A program made the position numbers and the translations under genes. The notes under the pieces are model-generated. The model did not search any database. It saw nothing but the letters and a program-made list of their open reading frames with translations, and was not told the origin of the DNA. DNA of 62,180 nt, counting the filler, from Sphacelaria rigidula (taxonomy: Eukaryota), in the NCBI GenBank assembly GCA_964200075.2. It is 7 parts of 7 records of this genome, joined end to end, with 100 filler letters (N's around TTAATTAATTAA, not from the genome) between each part and the next. Parts side by side here need not be neighbours in the genome. Positions count along the whole stretch, not along the records: positions 8,900 to 17,697 come from CAXNAA020010071.1; positions 17,798 to 26,594 come from CAXNAA020010072.1; 5 more parts are not named here. The stretch is one strand, 5' to 3'. Below, one piece after another: positions 11,562 through 23,906 of the stretch. How positions within the stretch are numbered: position 1 is the stretch's first letter; each line of letters begins with the position of its first letter.

Positions 11562-14500
11562 AAACTTTACAAATCATCGTCCCCACTAGTGACTCTACCT
11601 AATTGGTAGAGTACAGGGTTACCACGTATTCTGTAACAATCGTCAGCAGCATACAAGGCGGACTTACTATTGGTCAAAGACATGCGGGCCCGCTGAAGAG
11701 CAGTCCTCAAGATATTTTTTCTCTTAATCAGGTACAGAGTGGAGCTAGGTGCCTCAAGGGTTGGGGTAAAGGAAGAGAGGTGGAAACAAGCGCACGCGAC
11801 TCAAAACAGAAAGCACGTGACCTACTAGACGAGGACACGCCTAGAGTATACCACGCATCGCGCGCAGCATCGTCCCTAGCCGATAGTGCCCACTGAGGGC
11901 AATAGGCTGCGCAACCAACTCAACGGCAGGCTTTGCACGTGAAGCTTGTTGCCATCGCACCTGACTACCTACAATAATAGATGCCGGAGCGTGTCCAGCG
12001 CATGCGGATGGATATATTTCGCATGCCCAAAACCTCCGACATCGTTTCACTTTTTAGGATCCCGTGTGAAGTATCATGTAGTGTCCATGACATGTTTTCA
12101 CCCTGCATGTCCTTCAAAATAAAGGTAGTGGCTCTTCCTAAAGCGTCGACATCAGGCGGGCTGGAATCTGGTCGTTTGTGTTTCAAACTCTTTTCGTCAT
12201 ATTATACCATATACCCCATGTGTACTTTCCATGACCCCGTCACGGAGATCATCCTGGAACGGTGGTGCCTACTTATATACAAACTCCTACGGATAAAAGG
12301 TGTGGTCACGAAGACAAATGACTAGTCCATCAATCGACGATGGAATTCGACACTGGGAAGTTGAGTTGCAACTGCACGAACGAATCAGGCGGAAACTCTT
12401 CCCGGTTTGACCGCCCAGCATGATTGACGAAGTTGGAAGTTAAAGCCGATGTTGCACGCGTTAGTCAGTTCAATTGACAGCTGTATTGTACATACACTTC
12501 ACTTGCTCGCCGGCAGACTGAGCAGACGTTCATCGTATAATATAGTGCCACAATCCAGGGGGGAAAACAGACGCACACGAACCACACTACTAAAATTCCG
12601 ACGGCAAATTAATAACACGGAAAATAACGATACTGTGCAGAAAATGATAAGCATTTGAACCACTGCTACTGTTATTCAGCTTCGGTACTTCCCGCACCAT
12701 ATGATTTTGCCTCAAGAAATCCACACAAGATCAACAAACGGAAAACGCAGTTCACACGCCCGATTAAACCATGCATCACTCGAGCAGGGAAGTTCTTACT
12801 TATCAGAAATACACAAAACTCGCACACACACATGCACACACTGTTGATTTCACGATAACAAGAAACACAGTTATTAAAATCTCCTCGTTGACATCCGTAA
12901 TACCGAAATCCCTCACCAAAAGTTCATTGGATCATGTGACTTCTCTCCACATGAAAACGAGAACGAAAAGAAATGGGGAAGATTCGACCTCATGGCTCCG
13001 ACGGTACCGTAGTATACGCTTCAGCTCCGAGTGGGATAGTGCAAGCATGGGATAAAGAAGCAAAACCGAAACGAAAGAGAAAACAAAAGCTATCGGCTCA
13101 CTCACCATTTTTGACCTGGAGCCTCATAAAAATCGTTTTACACAAATAGTTCTGCTCGTCTGTTCTTCCCCTTTTCATAACAGATGCAACACAGAACACC
13201 AAGAAAGTTGCGAATCAGCCTCAGAAATAGACAACGGAAAAAAAAGTACATCCTGATGCACATTCAAATGAAAAAAATGTGCGCAGAAAGTGTGCCCCCC
13301 TCCCCCTCCAACAAGCCCTCTTCTTCATCTCTCTTCCAACACCTGTTCTTGCCCACTCGACTGACGTTTTCAACCTCTACTGAGAAGGGACCGCCGAAGA
13401 GTCCTATCGGCTGTTGCCTAAGCCCTTGCGGGTAACACCCGATCTACGGTTGATTACGTCTTACCCCAGCTAGTGCATAGGGGAGCCGCACAACTTGCAG
13501 ATCCGACCCACTGCAACAGCGCGCGATGATCAACAAAATTTGGATGCGCATGTACCAGCCCACGATTTGGCGCGCTTTGCTGCTCAACGCGTATACCGTG
13601 CTGAGCTGAGAACAGCGACAACCACCAAGCTCTCGACACGTTCAAGAGGAAGAAGCACGCTTTTTCAATCTTCGCATGTCGAAAGTTGAAAAAAAAGGCA
13701 GCCGATAGGCGCGCGTGCTACGCTTTCTCTTTTCGTGCATCAGACGCCAATTCGATGTCGATAGTACAACCCCTGTTCATGTCCATCCATCTGCGGGCTT
13801 TGGTTCTTTACACTGGCCGCCCGACGTCAGTCATCGTGCCCTCTTCCGCCTATGAACGATGACCACGACGCATCTCGCCACACCCCCGCCACGAGCACCA
13901 CCCGCAACTAGCCAATCCTTCTCCCAGGAACCAGCCGAAAATGAGAACAAAGAATGTGGCACGGTACCCTGGGCTATCACGACCTCATGCCTGCAATCTA
14001 CAATGAAAATTTACCACGGCAACGAAACAAAAAGTCAAATCGAAACGATTGTGAGTTGAAGATTTTCTGCTTTTGTGGAACGTTCTGCGCCATGCCTGGG
14101 CCGAACACACTCCTCGTCCTCTCTTTTCGCACCGAATTATGATACACTTTCCCCCGAGATTATCCGTGGGAAAAAAAAAAACTCATGTCAAGGCCACCAA
14201 GTGAAAATATATCAGACACCGTGTACTGTACTGTACAAAATAATCAAAGCCAGAACCCTCATCAATCGTATATGTAATGCAACCACCCCCCCCCCGCCTC
14301 GTCGCTCAGCCAATAAAGCAGCCAAGGAAACATCACACGGCGCATTTTTCTCGGCCAGAATCTGGCCAAGGGCGGCACGACGCGCTCGCCACAATCTACA
14401 ATGCCGAAGCCACCAAAACACGGAAAAGTCACGCATTACGTATTTTTTCCCCCTCCCGCCCCAGAATAAAAGGGTATGAACCTACCAACACACAAAACCG

Positions 14501-14807
14501 AGCAAGGAAAACGGTGTTGTCTACCATACTCCATATCGTTTTTGCTCAGGACCTATTTTGTATTACCGCATCGTCTAATCTCCCCCCCCCTCCCGAAGGC
14601 GAAAGATCTCGTCAACATCATGCGACGGTGATGGTGAGCAAAGAATAACTCCCCGATAAAAGCCCCGGGGGATAAACATCACGGTTACAAAAAGCAAGGA
14701 CATGTTCAAACCACCCTGCACCGAACCGCGCGAGTTAATCGAAGAGGGACGCAACGCGCCTCACGCGAAATAGGCTGGTGAAATTATTACACGCGCGGAC
14801 GCTTTGT

Positions 14808-16070
14808 CTACACGGGTTTGTCGCGGGAGGTCGTGTCCCTCGCCTCGCCTTCCTTCGGGAGCACTACGGCGGGGGTAGGCGGCGGTGGACTATCCCCCGC
14901 GAGGGAGTTCTCGTTGGTGTCGCCCGCGCTCTGGTCAAACGTCATGCAAAAAAAAAACAAGCGCGAAACGGCAATGGCACGAAGTGCACCACGTGATTCG
15001 GAAGAGAGGGAGGAGAAAACGAAGGGAAATTGTTAGTCAAGGCCCACGGTAACAAGCAACCAACACCTCGCTTCCTCGACCACGAGTCATTTACCTCCCA
15101 ACGGCGTGATGCTGTGCACAGAAAGACACGCTGGGAGCACGGATCCACCACTCAACGGATCGATTGTTGTTTGTATCATTTGACCATTAGCCACGCATGC
15201 CTTTCGAGAAAGGGGCATTTTGGATCGGGGAGGGGGGGGGGGGAAGACAGGCGGGATTTTGTTCGACTCATCCATCATATTTTTCCGATTTCGTTCATGT
15301 TCCATACCGAGTCAATTGATGGACCAAGGCTTCTTTTTTCTTAGATATGTGTAGGTGTAAAAATATATACTGAAGTTGCAGTGAGACAACAGCGAAAACT
15401 ACGATGTCACGTAAAATGGTCATCACTCAGTGTTACTACGTTTGTATTGCCTTGTAAACCTCAACGTCAAAAGCCCGCGCGCACGCACGCACGCACGGAC
15501 ACACGCACGCTTCACCGAAGAGCAACCCGTACGACCGCAATCAGTTCAACGGACGGACCGAAAAAGTGGACGCGCGAAATCACCGCCACGTCTGCTCTCA
15601 GAACAGGCGTACCTGGAACCACATCTGGACCGACAAGAGGTTGCCAACGGAACAATATCCGGATTGACATCACCCGGCCCCTCAGCCCCCCCATCAGCGC
15701 ACGCGTCGTCGCGAAAAACACAGGGAAAACTCGAAGATACCCCGCACCGGAAAGCAAAGACCCCACACCATACCTTGAGCTTTCGGTTGCCCCCTACACC
15801 CTTTCAGTACCCGTTTTCCCGTTCCCCCTCCCCACCCGTGCCCGAACCCTGCCCATCTCCATGAGACATTCTCCCCTCCCCTTGCTCCTCTGACACTGAA
15901 GACCACTCCTCTGGAGAAGATTGAGAACGTACCGAAGCTGCGTCATCATCTGTCGACGGTGACGAAGTCACTACCGGTTTTGCTGCTGGTGTCTCCTCAG
16001 GTACCGGCTTGTACACAAGATCTCCGGTTATGACCGCACCGTCTTCAACCGAAATTCGGTTGTATGTCGT
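14808..16070 (-). CDS. 3' exons of a spliced gene; first clear exon resembles the C-terminal winding of a bactofilin (polymer-forming cytoskeletal) domain, followed by a Pro/Ser/acidic tail
   Basis: Exon 16070-15933 (138 nt; pyrimidine tract + TTTCCAG acceptor; GTACGT donor) encodes TTYNRISVEDGAVITGDLVYKPVPEETPAAKPVVTSSPSTDDDAAS. Terminal exon 14930-14808 (TTTGACCAG acceptor, same phase) encodes SAGDTNENSLAGDSPPPPTPAVVLPKEGEARDTTSRDKPV*. T-rich UTR-like sequence follows. The family call rests on ~20 residues. Confidence 0.5.
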
Positions 16071-16263
16071 CTGGAAATCGACGGGGACAGGAAGGGGGGA
16101 GGGGGGGGGGGGGGGGAGGAAAAGGGGGCTCGAGGACGGTGGTACATCCCAACGAAACCAAGCCAAGAGGGCGGCAGGGCTTGNNNNNNNNNNGCACGTA
16201 GTGACCAACGAGTCCGCTCGTTGCCCTGTCCCCCAGGATGACCGGGGGGGGGGGGGTGGGTGT

Positions 16264-16311
<48 letters not shown>

Positions 16312-17601
16312 GGTAAACGGTGATTGAGGACTGGGGTACATCCACACGAAAACAAGACAAGAGGGCGGCACGTGATGCTCGGGTACGTTCAGATGATAGG
16401 ACGAGTCAATATTTTCTGCGATACCTTGTGAACGGCCACAATCTACAATCCACGTCTCGGCTCGGTAGCGAAGAAAAGAGCATACTCGAGCACGAAGCGT
16501 GTGGTGTAAACCGCTATTTATTTTTCCTCGTTGACCCGCGCTACAGTAACTGTTTGGAGTTTTGAATATGAAAATGCGTAGCGGTAAACGTAAGCTGTTA
16601 TAGTGGGACCTGAGCGCTTACGGGAGATTTGACTCACCAACCTACGTTCGAGCCAAAAGGATCGGTCAGGTATGATTCACCCCCCCCCCTCTTCCCCCCA
16701 GAGCATGTTGAGCAGATGCCTTGTCGGTGAAGAGGACAACACGAATATTCATATCAACGCGCGGCGTTCATTTTCATGCGTACGTGAGGCTACAGAATTA
16801 AATCACACCGAGTCCCGACATACTAGTCGTCCGGTGCGGCCGCCTCAACCCGAAATGAAAGTGGTGTTTTGGGTTGACGTATCACCCGTCATCCATCGTG
16901 ACACAACCGGCAACCTATCGTATGCTGAGGGGACCTGGAGAAATGCTCATATACAATGGTCCGTACTATGGAGGTGCCGTCAACCCTAACCCTAACCCCC
17001 ACCCAAGGCGTACAAGAACCCTCGGGCACGGGAGTTGCAAGATGTTCCCTAGGCAAAGGTGCGTTGGCAGAGCTCAAATAGATGCCCAAGCGCCGATTAT
17101 GGGCGAAAACACGTCCTGGACGACCTGGGTCTACCGCTCACCTGTCCCGTAACATACATTTTTCTCAGGGCTTTCTTCACTCTAAAATCAAGTAAAATCG
17201 AGCACCAACCACCGTGTACCAACAATTCTTCAGGTCCACTGCGTATGCGTGCCGATTACTTCCATGAAGCCCTGAATCAAGTTGGCGCGGCTTGGACACC
17301 GGAGCAAAGTGGGATATAATTTAGGAGCATTTACTTTTTGTGAGCACTCAGCCAGGCTGTTTGTGGTGCACACAAGCGAAGGATCGAGATTTCTTCGCAG
17401 CCGCTAGATCTGCGTTGAATCAACACACGTCGGGCCGACGCCATGAAGTCTCTCAAAAGCTCCCAAGAAGAGCTGCGAACTCTAGATGCAGGCAAATACC
17501 CAGGCCTGTGCTCATCAGCTCGTCCGAGTGGACAGCCAACGAGTCAGCGTTCTCATTCACCATGAGCCATCATGCCGTCGTAGCACGCGCATCGAACAGA
17601 G

Positions 17602-17637
<36 letters not shown>

Positions 17638-17797
17638 AAAAACCACCCCCCCACCCCCCCCCCCCAACAACTTCTCTCCCCCCCCTCATGTTCTTTANNN
17701 NNNNNNNNNNNNNNNNNNNNNNNNNNNNNNNNNNNNNNNNNTTAATTAATTAANNNNNNNNNNNNNNNNNNNNNNNNNNNNNNNNNNNNNNNNNNNN

Positions 17798-17867
17798 CCG
17801 GGAATCGAACCCCACTACTCAACCGCCAGAAGGTTACGAGGTTACCAACTGAGCCATCGGGGCGGCG
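17798..17867 (-). mobile_element. tRNA-derived SINE head, truncated by contig start
   Basis: Minus strand GCCCCGATGGCTCAGTTGGTAACCTCG...GGGTTCGATTCCCGG carries pol III A box TGGCTCAGTTGG and B box GGTTCGATTCC. Homologous to 34905-34973. Confidence 0.7.
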
Positions 17868-18187
17868 ATGATGAGTGACGCACGGAAATGACGAACACTG
17901 TAATGCACGTGTTCGTGATCCCGAAATATGGCAGTCCCCTGCGGCACTATCGCTCTTATTTAGTGGTTGCGCAGCATATCGACATCGTTTGAAGTTTTGA
18001 TAGCCGAGGACGCGATTCATTACCACTCTGTCCTGTTCACGCTTGTTTGAGTGTTGACCGCCATCTTCAAGTTGATTCCTCGCCGTCGAGGAAACACACA
18101 CAAATCGAACGTCTGAAGTGGGGCACTGAGCGATTTTTTCATTTGTGATTTTGTGTAGTAGTAGGAGAGGTGCATTTTGTCTGTCAC

Positions 18188-21100
18188 CTTGGAGAAGTCG
18201 AAAAGAGCCCACATGTCGAGAAAGTGGGTCGGCGGGGGTCGTGCGAAGAGCCAACCGTCGTGTCGAGCATCCTCAATGTCCGTACCGGTAAACCACAGGA
18301 TGCCATAGAATGCGACTGGGATTACCATCATATACAGTGGCGTCAGTAGCTCGGCAGCCTGAGGTTGCGGTCAAGTCGACAAAGTTGTGAGATGCTACGT
18401 TAAACGAAGGCATAGGAAAGGAACTCAAGAGTACATCTACGCGTAGAGCTCGGGCTCTCAACCCGGTGCGTGCTTCTGAGTCATTCCATACGATACTGAT
18501 TTCTTCCGCTCCGCTGTGAGTGTAGATAGCCAGCGAGGCGTCATGGTCAGGAACTCCCCGGTTGATTGAGTTCAATTAAAGAACCTTTGCCCTCGTTTTC
18601 GAGACACTTCAGAAAAAACGAGCTTCTTTCGACCTACCTCAAGGGACTCCAGACATCGCAGACCCAGCTGCAATAGGAGAACAGAAATCCATTGCCACCT
18701 GACACGCTGTGACAAGAACAATTTACAGAGTATCGTCCACAGCGGCGCAGCAGAAGCGGCGGCAGCGGCGGCGATAGTACAAACTATAAAACTGGTATTG
18801 AGCTGAAATGTCAAGCAGGAGTTCCGCATGTTTGCAGCTTGAGGCGGCGAGGAAAATCCAGCACCACTGGCGGGCGAATGCCAGGATCCACGGCGAGACG
18901 TGTCGAAAGATTGCGAAACTTTACGTTGCAGCTCCGTGTTGACGGTTGTCCTCCATCAGCTGCAGGTATTGACAACTCAGACCAGCTGGGAGTATTGATG
19001 GCGGTTTCATTCCCTGATGTGTCTCCTGAAGCTTGTCTAGATACTCTCTTCGTGTTGGTTTGTGTGTTTCAATGTGGGTCTGACTTCGTCGTAAAAGTAT
19101 AAACAACCAGTTGCTAGCGTGGGCATCTGAACGTTGCAGCGTGTCAGCTCTCACTTACATCAGAAAATAGAGCCTGCATCGCCTTCAGCAGACCCATGTC
19201 ACTCATGGTCAATCCTGTTGATACTTCCACTGCTGTGATGAGAAGGAACACCCCGAAGCCGCCGATACAGCCGATTATCACGTGTCGAGGGAAGAAGTGC
19301 AGAAGCTGCCCGGAAAGGCGGTATATTAGGCAATCAGCGAAGGGTCACCACTAAGGTAAGGTCGCAGTGAACCACCACAAATCCTCCGTTTAAGGACATT
19401 GTAGGGTTATTTGCCGAATCTCTTAGGTTCGATTTCTTTCACCACAAAGTAGATAGTTATCGCTTGCAAAGTGGAGCGCAGGAAAGAAATACACCGATAC
19501 TGAAATACCCCATTGCTCCAGCAGAACGATGCGTCCGGCATATGACAATCGCTACCAGAAATCCTTCTTCGTGAGTTTGTGCCAACAACACCTCAACTGG
19601 GGTTCTGTCAACCGAAATGCTCGCGTTACAGTCCATCTGTCCTGTTGCTTACCTGCCCTAGCCGAAACCAACCCGTTAGATAGAAGATAGCACCCGTCAT
19701 GATCGTCGACAAAGAGTATGCCACCATTACCGACGGCATCGCGGTTTCCGCCGTCCCGCCCCTGCTGACGACAGTCTCCACGACCCTCCTTGCCATCATG
19801 TTCAAGAACGGGATGTTCTCTGCCATTGCCGTTCCCAGGCCGCAACGGAAGTCACTGTATAATAGTTCAAACGGTTCAACCAGAGGAACCCGTATTGTGC
19901 GAGAATTAATAGCGGAAGGAACAAGAGGGTGGAAGCTTGGTGATCATGTGACGAGGACCGTCCCGGTCCGGTCTATCTAGACTGCCCCGAAATACGTATG
20001 CGCCAGCACAACCACATGAAGGCTGAGCGTTGCCTGCACACTCATGAAGCTGAGAGCTTTCATCTCCGCCGTGAGCTGCTCACCTTAGTTCTCTTGTCTA
20101 GACTGTTCTCAAAAGCAATATGACAACATGAAGTGATAGTAGTGATCACTCCGCTATCCCGTTGCAATTCGGTGAGCTCATGGCTACGAGAGATTACTTA
20201 CGCTGTTTGAGGTACCCAAGACCGATGGCCTTTGTTGACTTCTTGCCTACCTGCAAGTATTGAATACCAGCTGAACCACCGCAGTGCTGAGAAGAAAAGA
20301 GCTGATTCCAATAACCTGCTCGCAAGTATGCAACCAAATTCATTCCTGTGATCAGCGTTGTTTCGCTGTTGGTCATTGGTCGGATGTCGATGCTCAAGGC
20401 ACTTTTATCTATTTGGAGACAGGAGCTGGGCCTCTCGCTACACCAAACGTCGCCGTATAAACCCAATCCGGCAACAGCCTGTCTGATGTGATCGAAATAG
20501 ACGAAGAAGTCGTGTATAGGTCGAGAATTCCAGCCTGAACGGACTGTGGCGGTGACATCAAGTATCACGACCACATGGGGCGAGTTTTACCCGGAACGGA
20601 CTCTGGTAGAGAGAACACGCTTGTGACAAAGTATCAATGACGTTGTCAATTCCCGCACACAAATCTAGCACTAGATTTTGAGCTGACATACTCCCCAATT
20701 GCTCACGTTGAACGCGCTCAGCTCCGCCGGGAAGAGGATGGTGCCGAATGTGCAGGCGTCCATCAAGTTGATGAACACCGCAAACGCAACGGCGAAAACC
20801 ACTTTATATTGTTTCACGAACTCCGGCATTTGTTTCTGTCCAACACAACGTGGTTTCGTGCAGTGTCGGTGAGTGGCCGTGTTGAACCCCGCAAGTCGCT
20901 TGCAAAGCACAGTGTGCGACAGATCGAAATACATACCAGTAGATTATACACCATCAGGACGTTTCCGTATATTGTGTATCGAATGTGAAATCACATACAA
21001 CGATCTCGACGCAAAGCCGTCTAATGCATGAGGGACACGAGAGAGGCACCAGGTGTGTCAGCTTTGGGCTTGATCACCCTGGTCAAAAGAGTCATTGGTG

Positions 21101-23906
21101 CCGTAAAAATCTGCCAGCGAGCAGCATCATCTTCCGTGTTGGCTTCGCTGTAACACCACAAGCAAAATGTACAGCCGTATGTACAGTGCGTGTTCGAGAT
21201 TGCAGCACGCTGGAATATATTTCGTGTATGATGCTTCAAAAGTTGCGCGACGTCCGTGTTGACTATGTCCCGTTGGACAAGCTGTTCGTCCCTGGGGATG
21301 GCATAACCTTGCGAGAAATAAGGCACAGAGTTTATCAAGGAAGAAATATACTGTTCACAGCGCATCACCCGGCACCTGACACTACATGAGTACTTCAGCA
21401 TGATGCATTTTTTTGGTCATCACGTACCTCAGTAGTTAACCTGTTTCGAGTACCCGTTAAGCTAAGATGGACCGCGTTGTTGAGCAAGAGATATGAAGGA
21501 TCGTCGTCATCCATGAACTCAGACACCATGCACTTCCTGCTACTACCGGGCCCACCGCCGCCTGGAGTCGGCATGTTTTGCGTCGAGCTCTTCGAGATTG
21601 GCGGCGATTGGCTTCGGTCCAGTTGTGGGCTTTGAATCGTCGGCTGTGACGAAAGGTGCAAAGAGGAATATAAAGACGATGGGCAGTAAATCATCAACTC
21701 GGTGAAACCAGACATACATAAGTACAAGTTCGCTGGTGACTCTGATTCACAAAAAGTTAGACGAGTGAAAATGAGCAATCTGAACAGACACCACTTGGGT
21801 CACCGTCCGAAAATGCAGTAAAAGAATCAACAGGTGTAGTGCAAGAAGTGCTCATCTCATCGATTTCACAATGTGGCCAGCCTATATATTCATTACTCAT
21901 CTCAATGAACCTCATCGTCTCTGTGACGTATCTGAACGTGTGTATTACAATCTTCTACATCCAGGTTACAGCGTAAAAAAAGTGAACGGCAAGTGATTCT
22001 CCGTGCACGGAAGCCCAGGACAGACAGTAGAGGTTGACAATACCGGCACAGTACACACGGCACGAAAACACTGTACGCAGCAAAATATTCCGAAAGTAGT
22101 TATATCATCACGCTCTTGGAATTGGAAACATGTGGATTTCGAACAGGTAGCGGCAGTTCTTACTCACTGTATTTTGTGAGTACATGCACAAAAGGGGGAA
22201 AACTGCAAAATGGTGCGGTGCGGAGGTTTATAGGGGATGTCCCAAAGCTACAACTTAATGCTCTTAATCACGCACGTGCATGTTGCGCATTTCACTGCCG
22301 GCGTGACGCTGAAGAGTAACTGTTGTGTGCCATGGTCATAGTACAGCATTGAAGAGCGGTTTCCGGCACGATGTACCGCAGGTGATCCAGTACCACAGCC
22401 CCGGGTGAAATATTTTGGTTCCGGATCACTCATGATCCCGTGGTGCCATTCAAGGGGTGGTATGCAACGTACCTTGATACAGCACTGTGTTTAAATGGTG
22501 ACATGATGACGGCAACGGTCGAAAATCCATCACCGTGGAGTGTTTAACACACTGCGGGTGGTACACAAGGTACTATACACTGCATTGTGTAAAGTAAGGA
22601 AAGTTCTGGAAATGCACGATAGTTCTTACTACTGTACAGTAGATCGTGAACAAGTTCACTAGAGTTCGATCGAAAATACCTAGACTCGGCCCCTGTCTCC
22701 TTCACTGTATGCATGCACGGATTGGTCAATTCGCGTGGTGATATTTCATAGCAGTTGCTAGGGAAGTAGTGCACGTTGCTTTACCGGAGGAAGAGGGATC
22801 CCGGTGGATGTAGAATTCCAGATCTGGTGGAGTTCGGCTTCCTGCTGGCCAAGAAGCTCATTGGGCCTCCTGTGGGCCAAGATGGCACCGGTGGACCCTC
22901 GTACGAGGATACCAAGGTCTGCTGTACATGCCAGGTTATCCTTGAGACGTCGAGTGGCATCATGATGATACCTGTCGATAGTCAATGCGGACAGAACGAC
23001 CTTGGTGGATCGGCTACAAGAGAGCTATAGTGGCAACTTCGACGACCCGTCGGAGCCTTCAATTATTTCCGGGGGTACGGGCGGTCGTGAACGAGCGATT
23101 CACTCCGACAGTTACAGTTCCACTGAGGACGAAAGGAATGTCGTTGGAATGTCCTTGCGGAGATTAGTGAATCGACACCCATTTGGTCGTCAGTAGCGCC
23201 ATACTTGTCGCGGCAACTTCTTCCGAGAAACGGTCCCACCTCGGCGAGAAGGAAATGGCTTAAGGGCGCTTGAGAGCCCGCAAACAAGTATTATGATGAT
23301 CTGGGCGTCCTACGGGTTCGACCGCGACCTCGACTTATTGGACCAAAAACAACAGCAGTGTAAGACTCATAACTTTCACCAGTATTGAAAGTTAGAGGAG
23401 GGAATCGGTGCCGTCCCCTTCCAGCTGACACGATTTGCTACAGTTCACACGGCGGAATGTGTGTGTGCGCGCGTGTGTGCTGCGACCTCGGATGGTGTAC
23501 GTGTGCCACACTGTTACGGCCGTTTGCATACGCTACGGCACCCCACGGCACGTGAGTCACGAGGTGCCGGTGGGTACAAGGATCTGTCCATGCTGAAAAT
23601 ACCAATGAAATTGTGTTGTTATTCGTGCGGGTAGAAATACCAGTATCATTGTAAAAACTATAAGGAAACAACATCCGCGCACCTTGCTATCCGACCCAGA
23701 GATCGTCTAGAGTCCGTGGGCATGGTCGAAGCGTACGTCGTGTGCTTCCGCAGCACCTCGAGATTGCTGCCCGGGTCCAACAGCAGCGTTTGCGACTCTA
23801 CATCTTTCCGTCGTGACGACGATTTCCCCACCCGAACCTTATCTTTAGCCGGCATGGGAGACCTCTCTTCCCCGGAAAACGTCCGATATCTTGAACCCCG
23901 GCTCAT
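18188..23906 (-). CDS. SulP/SLC26-superfamily membrane transporter, Vsb1/YGR125W-like; 5' 470 codons in 9 exons, 3' end beyond the contig
   Basis: Phase-compatible GT-AG exons: 23906-23683, 22971-22785, 21643-21428, 20835-20707, 20315-20251, 19854-19653, 19305-19159, 18706-18638, 18358-18188 (1410 nt, no stops). Motifs INLMDACTFGTILFP, GISSFLLSTAVVQLV, GLGTAMAENIPFL, TGAIFYLTGWFRLGQLLHFFPRHVIIGCIGGFGVFL and GWLF...LFDFSK match this subfamily as I recall it. Confidence 0.9.

Noticed and set aside
11640..12330. Coding-looking minus-strand stretch
   Set aside because: Stops in all frames, no recognisable motif and no consistent splice phase.
16085..16372. Poly-Pro/poly-Gly ORFs and a duplicated ~50-bp segment around a 10-N gap
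   Set aside because: 16130-16177 is a noisy copy of 16326-16369 next to poly(G) runs, typical of sequencing or gap-filling error.
16982..16999. AACCCTAACCCTAACCC telomere-like repeat (also GGGTTAGGGTTAG near 8467)
   Set aside because: Fewer than three units, internal and embedded in repeats; not a chromosome end.
17604..17753. Proline-rich ORFs ending in LIN/N at the linkers
   Set aside because: They are produced by poly(C) contig ends, N runs and the artificial linker. The same applies at 26525, 44350 and 53195.
17798..17867. Possible tRNA gene
   Set aside because: It is truncated at the contig edge with an irregular anticodon arm, and a diverged paralogue continues into a repeat body. 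A SINE head is the better explanation.
22248..22433. Possible extra exon of the transporter (MSDPEPKYF...)
   Set aside because: No convincing acceptor, and the flanking exons already join in frame without it.
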